Shown in pieces: positions 28,301 to 37,756 of a stretch of DNA of 64,000 nucleotides (position 1 is its first letter; every line of letters begins with the position of its first letter). The position numbers and the translations under genes were made by a program. The DNA is from Octopus sinensis (Eukaryota): positions 90,954,001-91,018,000 of the forward strand of contig NC_042998.1 of the NCBI RefSeq assembly GCF_006345805.1. The letters are read 5' to 3'. The notes under the pieces were generated by a model, which saw only the letters and a program-made list of their open reading frames with translations, had not been told where the DNA came from and made no database searches.

Positions 28301-30339
28301 TTTCACCCCTGCAAAGAGGTGGTCCCCAATATTCTGGCCTCTTTCCTTTGGTTTGTGTAGCATGGAAAGTCCTACCAGGATCTTGTGCTCCATTGGTAAA
28401 TCTCTCAGGATCATTGAGGCATGCAAGCTACCAAACCACAACAAAGACTTGACCTTGTGATGGTTAATAAGTATTCATTATAGCAAAAAATAATAACAAT
28501 AAAATATTCTGTGGCATGTTTTATAACAAGATACATATGAATTTCGAAATTCCTTTTTGCAAAGTAATTTCTTTGTTACTCTTCTGAAGTTGGGTAGCCT
28601 AGTGGTCAGAGTGTTCAGTTTGCAAGCATTAGGTCATGGGTTTGATTCTTGGTTCAGGTTATGTTGTAGCTTTTAGCTAGGCACTTCAGTTCATATTGCT
28701 CCAATACACTCGTTTAAAAATGAGTACCAGTGGCACTTGGAGTTAACCTTATAATGGACTATTGTCTTCTTCAAGAAGAAGAAATCTTGCACTCTAAACT
28801 TAAACACCTTGAAAATCCAGATGAGTCATGGCCTTAAGAACCTGTAGCTTAAGGTAGACTTATTATTATTCTTGATGTAAGTAAAAGGATTTAGCTTCTA
28901 TTTAAAAAAAAATATGTTTATTATTTAATTTATTTAAAAAGATACTGAATATTGTAACTTTTCTTTTTACAGGAAAGCATAAAACCAATTTTATATGGAT
29001 CAGATGATGAAGCTAAAACTATTACAAGCAATATTCTTTTTACGTGTCTTGATGTTGGTTTAAGACTTCTCCACCCAATTATGCCATATGTTACTGAAGA
29101 ATTATTTCAAAGATTACCTGGAGAAAACAAGAAAGATAAGACAAGTATTTGTGTACATCCTTATCCTACGACAAAAGAAGTAAGTTTTGTGTTTTTATTG
29201 ACTCATTTCAGGGTCACTTACTTTGTGAAGTGTTGTCTTAAATATTATTGTATGGTAAATTGAAAATTTTCCCAACCATATGGTTCCAAGTTCAGTCTCA
29301 CTGTGTGGCACCTTGAGCTGACCAAAGCTTTGTGAGTGGATTTGGTAGATAGAAACTGAAAGAAGCCTGTTGTATGTGTGTGTGAGCGTGCCTTTGTGTT
29401 TGTTCTCCACCACTGTTTGACAACTGGTGTTGGTGTGTTTATGTCCCTGTAACTTAAATGTTTGGCAAAAGAGATTGCTGGAATAAGTCCTCAGCTTAAA
29501 AAAAATTACTGAAGTCAATTCATTCAACTAAAAGTCTTCAAGGCAGTGCTCCAGCATGACCACAGTCTAATGACTGAAACAAACAAAACAAAAAAATGAC
29601 TGAGTCCTTCATGTTCTTGAAACTGTATTTTTCTTAACGATTATTTGTATATTTATTCATAATACACCCATGTCAGTTCAAACACAAAATATGTTTGCTG
29701 TGGTGTACATCATAGGAGAATAACTTCTCCTTTTTATGATGACAGTAAGTTCATAACACACTTAGCTCACTGGTGCAGGGACCTTCTGGGACACCAGTAT
29801 TTTGACTCGCTTCTTGTTAACCAGAAGTACCTAGGCCAACCAAAGTGTTGTGAATGCATTTGTTAGATGGAAACTGAAAGAAGCCTGTCGCATATATATA
29901 TGTGTGTTTCTGTTTGTCAACCTCACCACCGCATGACAACTGATGTTGGTGTGTTTATGTCCCTGTAACTTAGTGGGTTGGCAAAAGAAACTGACAGAGT
30001 AATTGCCAGGCTTTAGAAAAAAAATAAGTATTATGGTTGATTTGTTTGACCAAAATCTTCAAGGCATTGCCCCAGTATGGCTGCAGTCTAATGATTGAAA
30101 CAAGTAAACGATAAAAGGTAAACACATAAACCTTCAAATTATTATTCTGTTGATTCTAAGATGTATATCATCATCATCATCATCATCGTTTAGCGTCCGT
30201 TTTCCATGCTAGCATGGGTTGGACGGTTCTACTGGGGTCTGTGAAGCCAGAAGGCTTCATCAGGCCCAGTCAAATCTGGCAGTGTTTCTACGGCTGGATG
30301 CCCTTCCTAACGCCAACCACTCCGTGAGTGTAGTGGGTG

Positions 30340-30379
<40 letters not shown>

Positions 30380-33300
30380 TACGACATTAAAATAGAATGC
30401 TTATTGTAACTTTACAGTTTTAGTGATTGGTTCATGTTTATTTTTAGTGTGACTACCGGTATCCAGATATTGAGAAGAATGTAGAGTTTATGCAGTCTGT
30501 TGTAAAGAGTGTCAGATCAATGAGGGCTGACTATAATTTGACTAAGACAAAAGCTGATGGTAAGTGAACTGACATTCTGAGGTTGAAGCACTTTATTATT
30601 TGGTGAAACTTGACATAAATCATCAAAATTGTATCATATAGATATTGCACCATTATTAGAGAAACTGTTCAGAACAATATTTAACTCAGATAATGCTTTA
30701 CTATCATCAGTAATTAGTATATAATATATATGTATGTATGTATGTATATATATATATATATATACCATCACCATAATCAACATTTTCATCATTATCATCA
30801 CCAAACAGCTTACACTCATATATATATATATATATCAACATCAAAATAAAAATCAAATGAAAATTGTAGTTGTGATACCCATGCCAGTGGCACGTAAAAA
30901 GCACCATTCGAACGTGGCTGATGCCAGTGCCACCTTGACTGGCGTCCGTGCCGGTGACACGTAAAAGGCACCCACTACACTCATGGAGTGGTTGGCATTA
31001 GGAAGGGCATCCAGCTGTAGTAAAACACTGCCAGATCAGACTGGAGCCTGGTGCAGCCTCCTGGCTTCCCAGACCCCGGTCAAACCGTCCAACCATGCTA
31101 GCATGGAAAACGGATGTTAAACGGCAATGATGATGATGATGATATATATATATATATAATCATTATTTAGCGCTAGTTTTCCATGCTTTCATGGGTCAGA
31201 TGGAATTCGTTGAAGCAAATTTTCTATAACCAGATGCTCTTTCCAGCCACCAACTCTCACCTGTTTCCAGGCTAGGTAATATTTTTCCATGATCTGATAT
31301 GTTTTTCACTGAAGAACAGAAATGAATAACATCACTTGTGTGCTGGTGATGCTCATTTACAACCATCACTTGATGTCAAGACAAAGGCATGCGCACATGC
31401 ACACACACACTCGCACATTTATATCATGATGAGCTGCTTTCAGTTTCTGATACACATAACTGTGTTTGGCCTGAGGCTATAGTGGAAGACACTTGCCTAA
31501 GGTGCCATGTGCAAGTGTGTGTCTGAGTGAATTTGTATTTCCCCGTCATCTTCATTCATATATGTTGAAACAATGTCATTTGTTTCTAGTTCTGTGTGTA
31601 ACCATGTCTGGGCTGTTTGTTGTTTAACAGACTGATGTATTATTACCTTGCTTGGAAGCAGGTGAGAATTGATGTGAGGAAGAGTATCTGGCCACCTGAC
31701 CCATGCAAGCATGGAAATGTAGACATTAAAACGTTTATAACAACAATGATGATGTTGAATTATTTTGACAAAAAAATATCACCTGTAGATCAAATGTCTG
31801 TTAGGAAGATTCATTGTACCAATGAATGTAAATATATTTGAATATATTTTGAATATAAATATAAATGTTACAGAAAGTACAACGCACAAGTGAGTATCAC
31901 AAATAATTGGTAACTGCACATAAAGGAACTGAAATAAGCAATAAGATATTCCAATTTTAATGAGTCGCTTGTCTTTGAATTACATAAATTAATTGTAATT
32001 TTGATTTTGTTTCTAGTTTACCTAAAGTGTTCCGATGAAGAAAGTGCCAATATTTTGAAATCGTTTGTTGACATTATTGCCAACCTGGCCTCAAGTGATA
32101 ATGTAAATATACTTATCAACCAAGAACCTCCAACTGGTTGTGCCATGATTACCGTATCAGCCAAATGCGAAACTCACTTAATGCTAAAGGTAAGTCAAAA
32201 TATCAATTTGTATTAAACTTCAATTTTTACCTTTGTGGCTTATCACATGGTTCTAAGTTCAGTCCCACTGTGTGGCACCTTGGGCAAGTGTATTTTATGA
32301 TATCCTTGGGTTGACTAAAGCCTTGTGAGTGGATTTGGTTGACAGAAACTGAAAGAAGCTTGTCATATATATATGTTTGCATGTATGTATGTACATACAT
32401 ATGTATGTACATATGTGTGTGAAGCTGAAAGAAACTCATCCTTATACATATATGATGATCTTTCAGCTTCACACTCATATGCACACACTGTGTGTGTCTT
32501 TGTGTTTGTCCTCCCTCCCCCACTGCTTGACAACCAGTGTTGGTTTGTTTACATCCCTGTAATTGAATGGTTCAACAAAAGAGACCGATAGAATATCAGG
32601 CTTAAAAGATAAGCACTGGCTCAAGTTGTTTGACTAGACCCTTCATGGCAGTGCACCAGAATGGTGGCAGTCTGACTGAAGCTAGTAAGAAAGGTAAATT
32701 GGTAAAGCTGGAATAAAGATGTCATGGTTACTAACTGGTAATACTTGTAAGTGGACCAAATATAATTTTGGTCAAATAATCGGGTTGATTTAAATGGCTT
32801 CAGCCTTCTTCAAAACTTGTGGATGAAATCAATGTTTTAAAGTTGGTCAGTGAGTCCATAGTTGGGAAATTGCTTGGCCATAACAAAAATAAATATCTTG
32901 AATTGTGTTGGCTGTATGAAATAGCTAAGCACTGTTCTGGCAAACCAATGGTTGAGACAAAGAAGAAGCCTCTATGTAGTTGCTTGACCTGTTGAAATTA
33001 GCAGCTATATCTTTCTCTACCAATGTGGGTGAAATTTGGTAGGGGGACACTATGTAGGTATGTTGTATATGTATGCGTGTTTGTATCTGTGTGTCTTTAC
33101 ATTGACATTGCTATAGTGGTGAAGTTGTTTTTATTTCCCATGATTCATTGTGCAAAGATGTGAAATAAAATGCCTTATTGGAAAACAAATGTGGGTTAGC
33201 ATCAGGTAGGGTGTTTGTAACTCTCTGCCTTAACGAGTCATATCCAACCCATGTCAACAAAAAAAGTAGATGAAAAATATTGATGACACATTGGATAATA

Positions 33301-35544
33301 TAATCCTAGATACACTATATTTGTAAAGAGACAGAATGATTGTTGTTAGACTCTTCAATCATAGGTCAGCTCAGTCAGGGCTGTCCTGCAGTTAAGCAGT
33401 GACAATATATCAATGATGGAACTAAAAATGTAGATTAAGAAATAACAGAGATGAAAAATAATATAATGAACTCATGGAAAAATATATTACTGAAAATTTT
33501 AAATAACAATACTGGAGGTGAATATTGCTTTCTTACATAAAACTATTGAAATGCAGATGATTGCATTAACTCCAGCATATTACTAGTATTTTCTTTATAA
33601 TCACTTGAGGGATAAAATGTTCTAACCCAGAACAGACAGAGATGGATGAAACTAAGTGCAGTAATTAATTTTGTTTTAATTTTGTTAAAATAAATATTGT
33701 AGGATGTCCTTTTAAATGCCATGAATGGTCTGTGTTGTGTTTTAAGTTTAGAACACTTCTTGTTTTCAGGGTCTTATTGATATTAACAAAGAAATCTCTA
33801 AGCTGGAAGGCAAGAAAGAGAAACTTAATTCTCAACTAAACAAACTAAATGAAAGTATTCAGAAACCTGATTATGAAACAAAAGTTCCAGAAGAAGTTAG
33901 GAAACAAAATACTTCAAAGGTAAACCATAAAAGTTTTGATGAAGAATGACATTAATTTTAAATATTGGTGTTAACAACAATTATTATGCATTGATATATG
34001 TAATTACTACACCCTCCATCTCTATCTCCTCCTATACAGAAACTATTATTAAACTTAGATTTCTTTTAAGTTTTATAACATGTATGCTTCATGTATCTGT
34101 TCTGAGGTTTTGATTTTGTAGATGTGAACTAGTAATCATGTATGTAGTTGTGAGTCTTTCTCCACTTGTTGACTGATAAGTAATATGTAATTTTATGTAG
34201 AGCAAACATTTCAACTGAACTCTTTGTCTCTGACCTAACTTACCTAGATGAACCCTTTGAGATATTTTTTGAAACTAATTTTTTCTCCGTTGTTTAATAC
34301 AATATATGACATTGTTGACATGTCCAAGTATTTAACCCTTTAGTGTTTAAACAAGCCATGTCTGGCCCAGATATTCTACCTGTATTATGTTCAAACCAGT
34401 CAGATCCAAACTCTCACAATTATCCTACGATGTCATTCTAAAAATAAACAATCACATCATCAAAATCTTGAAGTTCCAAGGTAATGTATAATTAATTCAA
34501 AACAATGTAAACAAGAGTACTCAGAGAGCACAAACTTCTGCCAAGGCAACACCAACGTCCTCTCAATGATTAGCCAGAGATGATTTTTAAAATGAGAATA
34601 TCTGAAATAAACTCGACTGCTCTCATAAACAAGAATACTAAAAATGAACCTAACCACTCTCAAAGATTAAGTAATGAAAACAGGAAAAATAATCTAGAAT
34701 CCTTGTCTGGTATCTGATTGATCCCAAAATCTAATCAGTTCATGCCAGTCACAAGGCCAAACATCCTTGAAAGTTTCATCTGAATCCATCCAGTGGTTCT
34801 TGAGATATCTTGTACATGGACAAACAAACAAACAAATACGACTGAAAACAATACCTCCGCCTTAGCGAAGGCGGAGGTAATAAATAAGCATTACATTTGA
34901 CAGAGTAATTTTAATTCTAAAGGGTTAAAGACTATACTAACCACTCTAAGCTAATACATTCTCTGTTCTCATATGTTTGCCATGGTAGTTGTGGCTTTTG
35001 ATGAGGAAGTTAGTGAAGCTGTATACAGAATTAACATTTGATATCATTTTAGTTTATACCATCAAACTTTATAACTTCTCAGGACTGAATTTTGTGGAGT
35101 TGACCCAAAGAAATTAACTAAATATTACTTTATTGTCATCTGTCAATTAATGATACTTTTTGAAAACTTTATTTTACTGTAGATTCAGGGTAACTATTGC
35201 TATCTCCCCATTCACCCACATCTTATGTGGTAAACCTGCAAGAAAAAGGATGATTTATTAAAACTAAGAAAATATTTTTGTATTCAGACCTTAAGAAAAC
35301 AAGATTATCTAAAAATAATTGTACTAAGGCTGCCATGAAGTTAAATTTAATTTGACTGAAAATTAACATTCATTCAGTTCTATGAATTTTATTTTTATTA
35401 TTTGATGAAATATTTTGTTTGGACTTTTATGATTTGATTAAAGATTGTTAATCAAGTGTTTTGTTTTTCTTTAAGGTGTCTGAACTCTCTGCTGAAGTTG
35501 AAAAACTGACAAAAGGGATTAGTGCACTGATGACAATGCAGTAA
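1036..35544 (+). CDS. VARS1: Cytosolic valyl-tRNA synthetase, 23 coding exons in window (5' exons with HIGH motif upstream of window); 892 aa + stop
   Basis: Manual splicing at GT-AG sites gives 2680 nt (1 nt phase carry-in + 893 codons) in one frame. Motifs present: [75 protein letters not shown]-terminal coiled coil. [23 protein letters not shown] is of the cytosolic type. Confidence 0.97.
1890..2320 (+). mobile_element. Interspersed repeat family B (internal ~21-bp gtgccacgtaaaagcaccc minisatellite; (GAT)n tail), probable RTE-type LINE 3' end or dependent SINE
   Basis: Same ggaagggcatccagctgtagaaac...ccatgccagcatggaa...gatgatgat module recurs at ~4880-5310, 18540-18745, 25400-25610, 30168-30343 (-) and 30870-31143. 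Confidence 0.75.
2634..2715 (+). CDS. VARS1: VARS exon w2 ([27 protein letters not shown])
   Basis: ttaag|G acceptor, CCT|gtaag donor. Confidence 0.95.
5513..5632 (+). CDS. VARS1: VARS exon w3 ([14 protein letters not shown]...[15 protein letters not shown])
   Basis: ttctag|AAA acceptor, GAG|gtac donor. Confidence 0.95.
6439..6547 (+). CDS. VARS1: VARS exon w4 ([36 protein letters not shown])
   Basis: ttccag|GTA acceptor, G|gtaagg donor. Confidence 0.93.
7439..7618 (+). CDS. VARS1: VARS exon w5 ([23 protein letters not shown]...DREFGT), editing domain
   Basis: catag|AT acceptor, G|gtgag donor; [18 protein letters not shown] motif. Confidence 0.95.
8025..8140 (-). ncRNA. Type I hammerhead ribozyme motif; predicted cleavage after GUC (between 8032 and 8031)
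   Basis: Minus strand reads aattct-CUGAAGA-[84-nt stem II, ggc/gcc closure, internal 12-bp helix]-GAAA-CAGCUG-UC-agtttt; palindromic stem III ACAGCUGU. Confidence 0.8.
10238..10777 (-). CDS. GIY-YIG endonuclease of Penelope-like type (ORF open; start codon is GTG and uncertain)
   Basis: [26 protein letters not shown]...YIGAT...KQRWNYH...[12 protein letters not shown]...WKIL...CSLCINE: VVY/YIG motifs, conserved R and H, catalytic E, Cys-rich flanks. Confidence 0.85.
   Translation of the reverse strand: MKLTHSLILGLDDDNNCNTYNVNSSIGVLSNFRFPHSVNLCNCRNKNKCVFGNQCLRKEVVYQCTVDTQLSSRVYIGATMNSIKQRWNYHRYTFRNKNRMYSTGLSAYIWELKNKNLDFRLNWKILTSAPVYNGKNKKCSLCINEIFFIIKAGRQIINNINEKNFFCIHRLPFTFSRFK
11297..11866 (-). 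mobile_element. Degraded RTE/BovB-like LINE reverse-transcriptase fragment
   Basis: MLFADDCA...[18 protein letters not shown] and [23 protein letters not shown]. Confidence 0.8.
12224..12348 (+). CDS. VARS1: VARS exon w6 ([17 protein letters not shown]...CGQFS)
   Basis: cttcag|GT acceptor, TCA|gtaag donor. Confidence 0.95.
12640..13745 (+). mobile_element. Degraded RTE-clade LINE fragment (RT domain plus Cys-rich finger)
   Basis: [25 protein letters not shown]...[59 protein letters not shown]; multiple stops. Confidence 0.88.
13858..15401 (+). mobile_element. hAT (Buster/Charlie-type) DNA transposon, internally deleted, 1544 bp
   Basis: TIRs cagtggttcccaaac / ggttggaaaccactg; exact 8-bp TSD ATCTAGAG at 13850-13857 and 15402-15409 (NTCTAGAN is the Buster/Charlie preference). 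Confidence 0.93.
14470..14984 (+). pseudogene. Buster/ZBED5-like transposase N-terminal remnant
   Basis: [10 protein letters not shown]...[14 protein letters not shown]...[28 protein letters not shown]...SNNTV...[22 protein letters not shown]. Confidence 0.88.
15563..15666 (+). CDS. VARS1: VARS exon w7 ([11 protein letters not shown]...NPMVVPTCS)
   Basis: tttag|GGC acceptor, AG|gtaac donor. Confidence 0.95.
16796..16877 (+). CDS. VARS1: VARS exon w8 ([27 protein letters not shown])
   Basis: ttcag|T acceptor, AAA|gtaag donor. Confidence 0.95.
17233..17309 (+). CDS. VARS1: VARS exon w9 ([26 protein letters not shown])
   Basis: tgtag|GAT acceptor, AG|gtaat donor. Confidence 0.93.
18804..18894 (+). 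CDS. VARS1: VARS exon w10 ([30 protein letters not shown])
   Basis: ttcag|G acceptor, TTG|gtaat donor. Confidence 0.96.
19300..19790 (-). mobile_element. RTE-clade LINE 3' coding fragment
   Basis: [53 protein letters not shown]. Confidence 0.8.
19942..20047 (+). CDS. VARS1: VARS exon w11 ([16 protein letters not shown]...ISLKQ)
   Basis: tttag|GGT acceptor, G|gtaaa donor. Confidence 0.94.
20757..20827 (+). CDS. VARS1: VARS exon w12 ([24 protein letters not shown])
   Basis: tttag|AT acceptor, GAG|gtgag donor. Confidence 0.96.
21610..21735 (+). CDS. VARS1: VARS exon w13 ([27 protein letters not shown]...LPFKE)
   Basis: tgcag|ACA acceptor, GAG|gtaat donor. Confidence 0.96.
22881..22985 (+). 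CDS. VARS1: VARS exon w14 containing KMSKS (22920-22934)
   Basis: [35 protein letters not shown]; ccag|GTA acceptor, CAG|gtaaa donor. Confidence 0.97.
23602..23670 (+). CDS. VARS1: VARS exon w15 ([23 protein letters not shown])
   Basis: ttcag|GGT acceptor, CAG|gtaat donor. Confidence 0.92.
24341..24419 (+). CDS. VARS1: VARS exon w16 ([26 protein letters not shown])
   Basis: ttcag|AAA acceptor, G|gttag donor. Confidence 0.95.
26331..26458 (+). CDS. VARS1: VARS exon w17 ([23 protein letters not shown]...SPVKE)
   Basis: ttcag|GG acceptor, GAG|gtaat donor. Confidence 0.95.
26912..27068. repeat. Local tandem duplication (~60-bp core repeated ~95 bp apart)
   Basis: aaaaaa(a)tccaggagaataaca(a/g)taataggcct(t/a)tctctcaactaccatattt occurs twice. 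Confidence 0.85.
27781..27930 (+). CDS. VARS1: VARS exon w18 ([18 protein letters not shown]...YELCDWYV), anticodon-binding helical bundle
   Basis: tgaag|AAT acceptor (AAG type, exact start slightly less certain), GTG|gtaag donor; frame preserved. Confidence 0.9.
28973..29179 (+). CDS. VARS1: VARS exon w19 (ESIKPILYG...[20 protein letters not shown]...TTKE)
   Basis: tacag|GAA acceptor, GAA|gtaag donor. Confidence 0.95.
30168..30343 (-). mobile_element. Family B repeat, reverse orientation, 5' of exon w20
   Basis: (ATC)n then reverse complement of the family B module. Confidence 0.85.
30448..30559 (+). CDS. VARS1: VARS exon w20 ([37 protein letters not shown])
   Basis: tttag|TGT acceptor, G|gtaag donor. 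Confidence 0.92.
30870..31143 (+). mobile_element. Family B repeat, forward orientation, 3' of exon w20
   Basis: Minisatellite head, core module and (GAT)n tail. Confidence 0.85.
32017..32189 (+). CDS. VARS1: VARS exon w21 (YLKCSDEE...[18 protein letters not shown])
   Basis: tctag|TT acceptor, AAG|gtaag donor. Confidence 0.93.
33770..33919 (+). CDS. VARS1: VARS exon w22 ([13 protein letters not shown]...[16 protein letters not shown]), coiled coil
   Basis: ttcag|GGT acceptor, AAG|gtaaa donor. Confidence 0.94.
34336..34924. mobile_element. piggyBac-type MITE (TTAA TSD; ccctttag/ctaaaggg termini) with nested insert
   Basis: ttaa|ccctttag at 34332-34343 and ctaaaggg|ttaa at 34917-34928; related aaagggttaa ends at 1688-1741 and 2410-2461. 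Confidence 0.7.
34545..34884 (-). mobile_element. Helentron-like non-autonomous element (HINE/DINE-type) nested in the MITE
   Basis: Minus strand begins ttattacctccgccttcgctaaggcggaggta (GC hairpin), then ttgttttcagtcg and (gttt)n; left boundary approximate. Confidence 0.65.
35476..35544 (+). CDS. VARS1: VARS terminal coding exon w23 ([22 protein letters not shown])
   Basis: ttaag|GTG acceptor, TAA stop at 35542-35544. Confidence 0.88.
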   Translation: MSELSAEVEKLTKGISALMTMQ

Positions 35545-35853
35545 GCTGCTTTTTCTGGTCTTGGGTCCTGGAAATATTTCTACTTTTCTAATGACATGAC
35601 AAAGCTTAATCATAAACAATCATTCAGGAAGAAAAATTTGAAGAAGATATTCTATTGCTTTTCATTGTCTAGTATGGCAATCATTTTTGGTTTATGGACA
35701 CAAAAACTGTTATAATTTGAAATTACTTTCATACACCCAAGTACTGCTTAAACAAATATATTCACTCCTACCAACTTGTTTCAAAAGTAACTCTCACATA
35801 TTTTAAATTAACTCATTTTAATTTTATTTTTAAAATATATTCCTCTTAATTAA

Positions 35854-35976
35854 AATAAAGAAAAATAATGAATGGAATGTATTTGAAATATGAAAATGAA
35901 AACAAGTATCAGTATAACATGAGACGTTTGTAAATGTTACATTTCTGTAACATAACTGTTATTGAGTTAAAATAAA
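35854..35976 (+). terminator. Candidate polyadenylation signals of VARS (AATAAA at 35854 and 35971)
   Basis: AATAAA hexamers 310-430 nt after the stop, followed by T-rich sequence; the region is AT-rich so chance matches are possible. Confidence 0.5.
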
Positions 35977-36054
35977 ATAAATAATTCTTAAATAACATAC
36001 TGATTAGAAATGTATTTGATTTTATGACATAATTTTCATACATGTTTTGGTATA

Positions 36055-36440
36055 GGCCTTGGAGTAGCTGTGTGGTAAGTAGCTTGCTTATGAACTACAT
36101 GGTTCCAGGTTCAGTCCCACTGCGTGGCACCTTGGGCAATGTCTTCTACTATAGCCTTGGGCTGACCAAAGCCTTGTGAGTGGATTTGGTAGATGGAAAC
36201 TGAAAGAAGGCCGTTGTGTATATATATATATATGTGTGTGTGTGTCTGTGTTTGTCCCCCCCAACATCGCTTAACAACCGATGCTGGTGTGTTTACATCC
36301 CTGTAACTTAGTGGTTCAGCAAAAGGAATCAATAGAATAAGTACTAGGCTTACAAAGAATATGTCCTGGGGTCAATCTGCTCGACTACAAGGCAGTGCTC
36401 CAGCATGGCCACAGTCAAATGACTGAAACAAGTAAAAGAG
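36055..36440 (+). mobile_element. SINE family A, near full length (tRNA-like head, (TA/TG)n middle, tgactgaaacaagtaaaaga tail)
   Basis: Same composite at 56111-56511 (-); partial or decayed copies at ~12395, 15725, 17860, 19125, 22375 (-), 24045, 26500, 29265, 29830, 31430 (-), 32245, 63520 (-). Confidence 0.85.
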
Positions 36441-37714
36441 TATATATCAATTTGCTGTTTCATTTCTAATTATTTGATTGTTGTCTTCAAAGTTGTGAAT
36501 GAGTGAATCTGTTGGAATATCTAATATGCTTTCACAAATTATAATTCCAGATATGACTCTATATTTATTTAGACACAGACCTTGTTTCTTCAATATCCCT
36601 TCTCATTTTCCCCACCTTTTGATTGACCTTCATGACCACTTCTCTTTCCCCTTCAATGACTCAGGGTTTTCTCTCCACTCCAGTCTATTGCTCCCTTTCT
36701 GGCCCCTTTCCATCACACTTATCTATAAAAATCAGGATCAAAGGTCCTTCTTGAGCCATAGGCTCATAAGGGTGTTTTCCCACATACTCTGGCATATTCC
36801 CCCACTAAGTGGGATGCCAGTCCAGTGCAGAATTACTAATTTTCCTGAGCTGAATAGATTGGAGCAATGTGAATTAAAGTGTTTTGCTTGAGAACATCTT
36901 ACCTGGTCCAGAAATTGAAACCACAGTCTTAGGATCATGGGTGCAACACCCTAACCACTAAGCCATCTACCTCCACTCCCTTGTCTATTGGGTAGCCCTA
37001 AACTCTCCTTATATAATCCTCCCTATCACTTTTTCAACTCTATTTCTCCAATTTTGTCAACTGTATCACTAATCTCTTCCCTTTCCTGTATTCTCTGCAA
37101 TACTCCCCCACCCTCTCCTCTTACTCTCCCTCATTCCTCCACTTAGGATCATTGTCCAATTTCTCTTTTGTTTTCCCTTGGTTATGAGGGCCACTTTAGG
37201 TCCTTAGCCTTACAATTTACAAAGCAATCATCACTAGTGTTTGTGGCACAAAAAAAAAAGCATTCAGTACACTTTTTGTAAAGTGGTTGGCATGAGGAAA
37301 GGTATCCAACAATAGAAACCATGCCAAAGAAGACAGTGCATAGAATGGTCATGACATTCTAGCTATGTCCATTCTATCTTTTTCCTATGTGTAAGGAATG
37401 TAGGACCACATTATCCAAAATGTGATTTTGCTGCTATTTCAAGATGTTCATACAATCACATAGATGTTTCTTTGTTGGAAGCATGCATTAGAAGTCAACA
37501 ATGGCTTGTTTGTAAATGAAATCTATACCTCATTTTCTTTATTTCCAATTAGAATTACTTTATTTATGGAAATACCACTATTTGAAAAGGTATGAGTGTC
37601 ACAACTTCCCATTTCTACTGTCTCTACACAAAAGTTAAACTTCCCTACCTGCTTAAAAAGACAGTAGGAATGTAATAGATTGATCACTTTTAGTCTTGCC
37701 AACTGAGTAGAATG

Positions 37715-37756
37715 TGCCTGCTGAAGAGCTCTAATAAGTCTGAAACATGTCCATTA
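37715..37756 (+). ncRNA. Degenerate minimal hammerhead ribozyme motif
   Basis: ctg-CUGAAGA-gctctaataagtct-GAAA-CAUG-UC-ca: both core halves and palindromic stem III ACAUGU present, stem II poorly paired. Confidence 0.45.
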
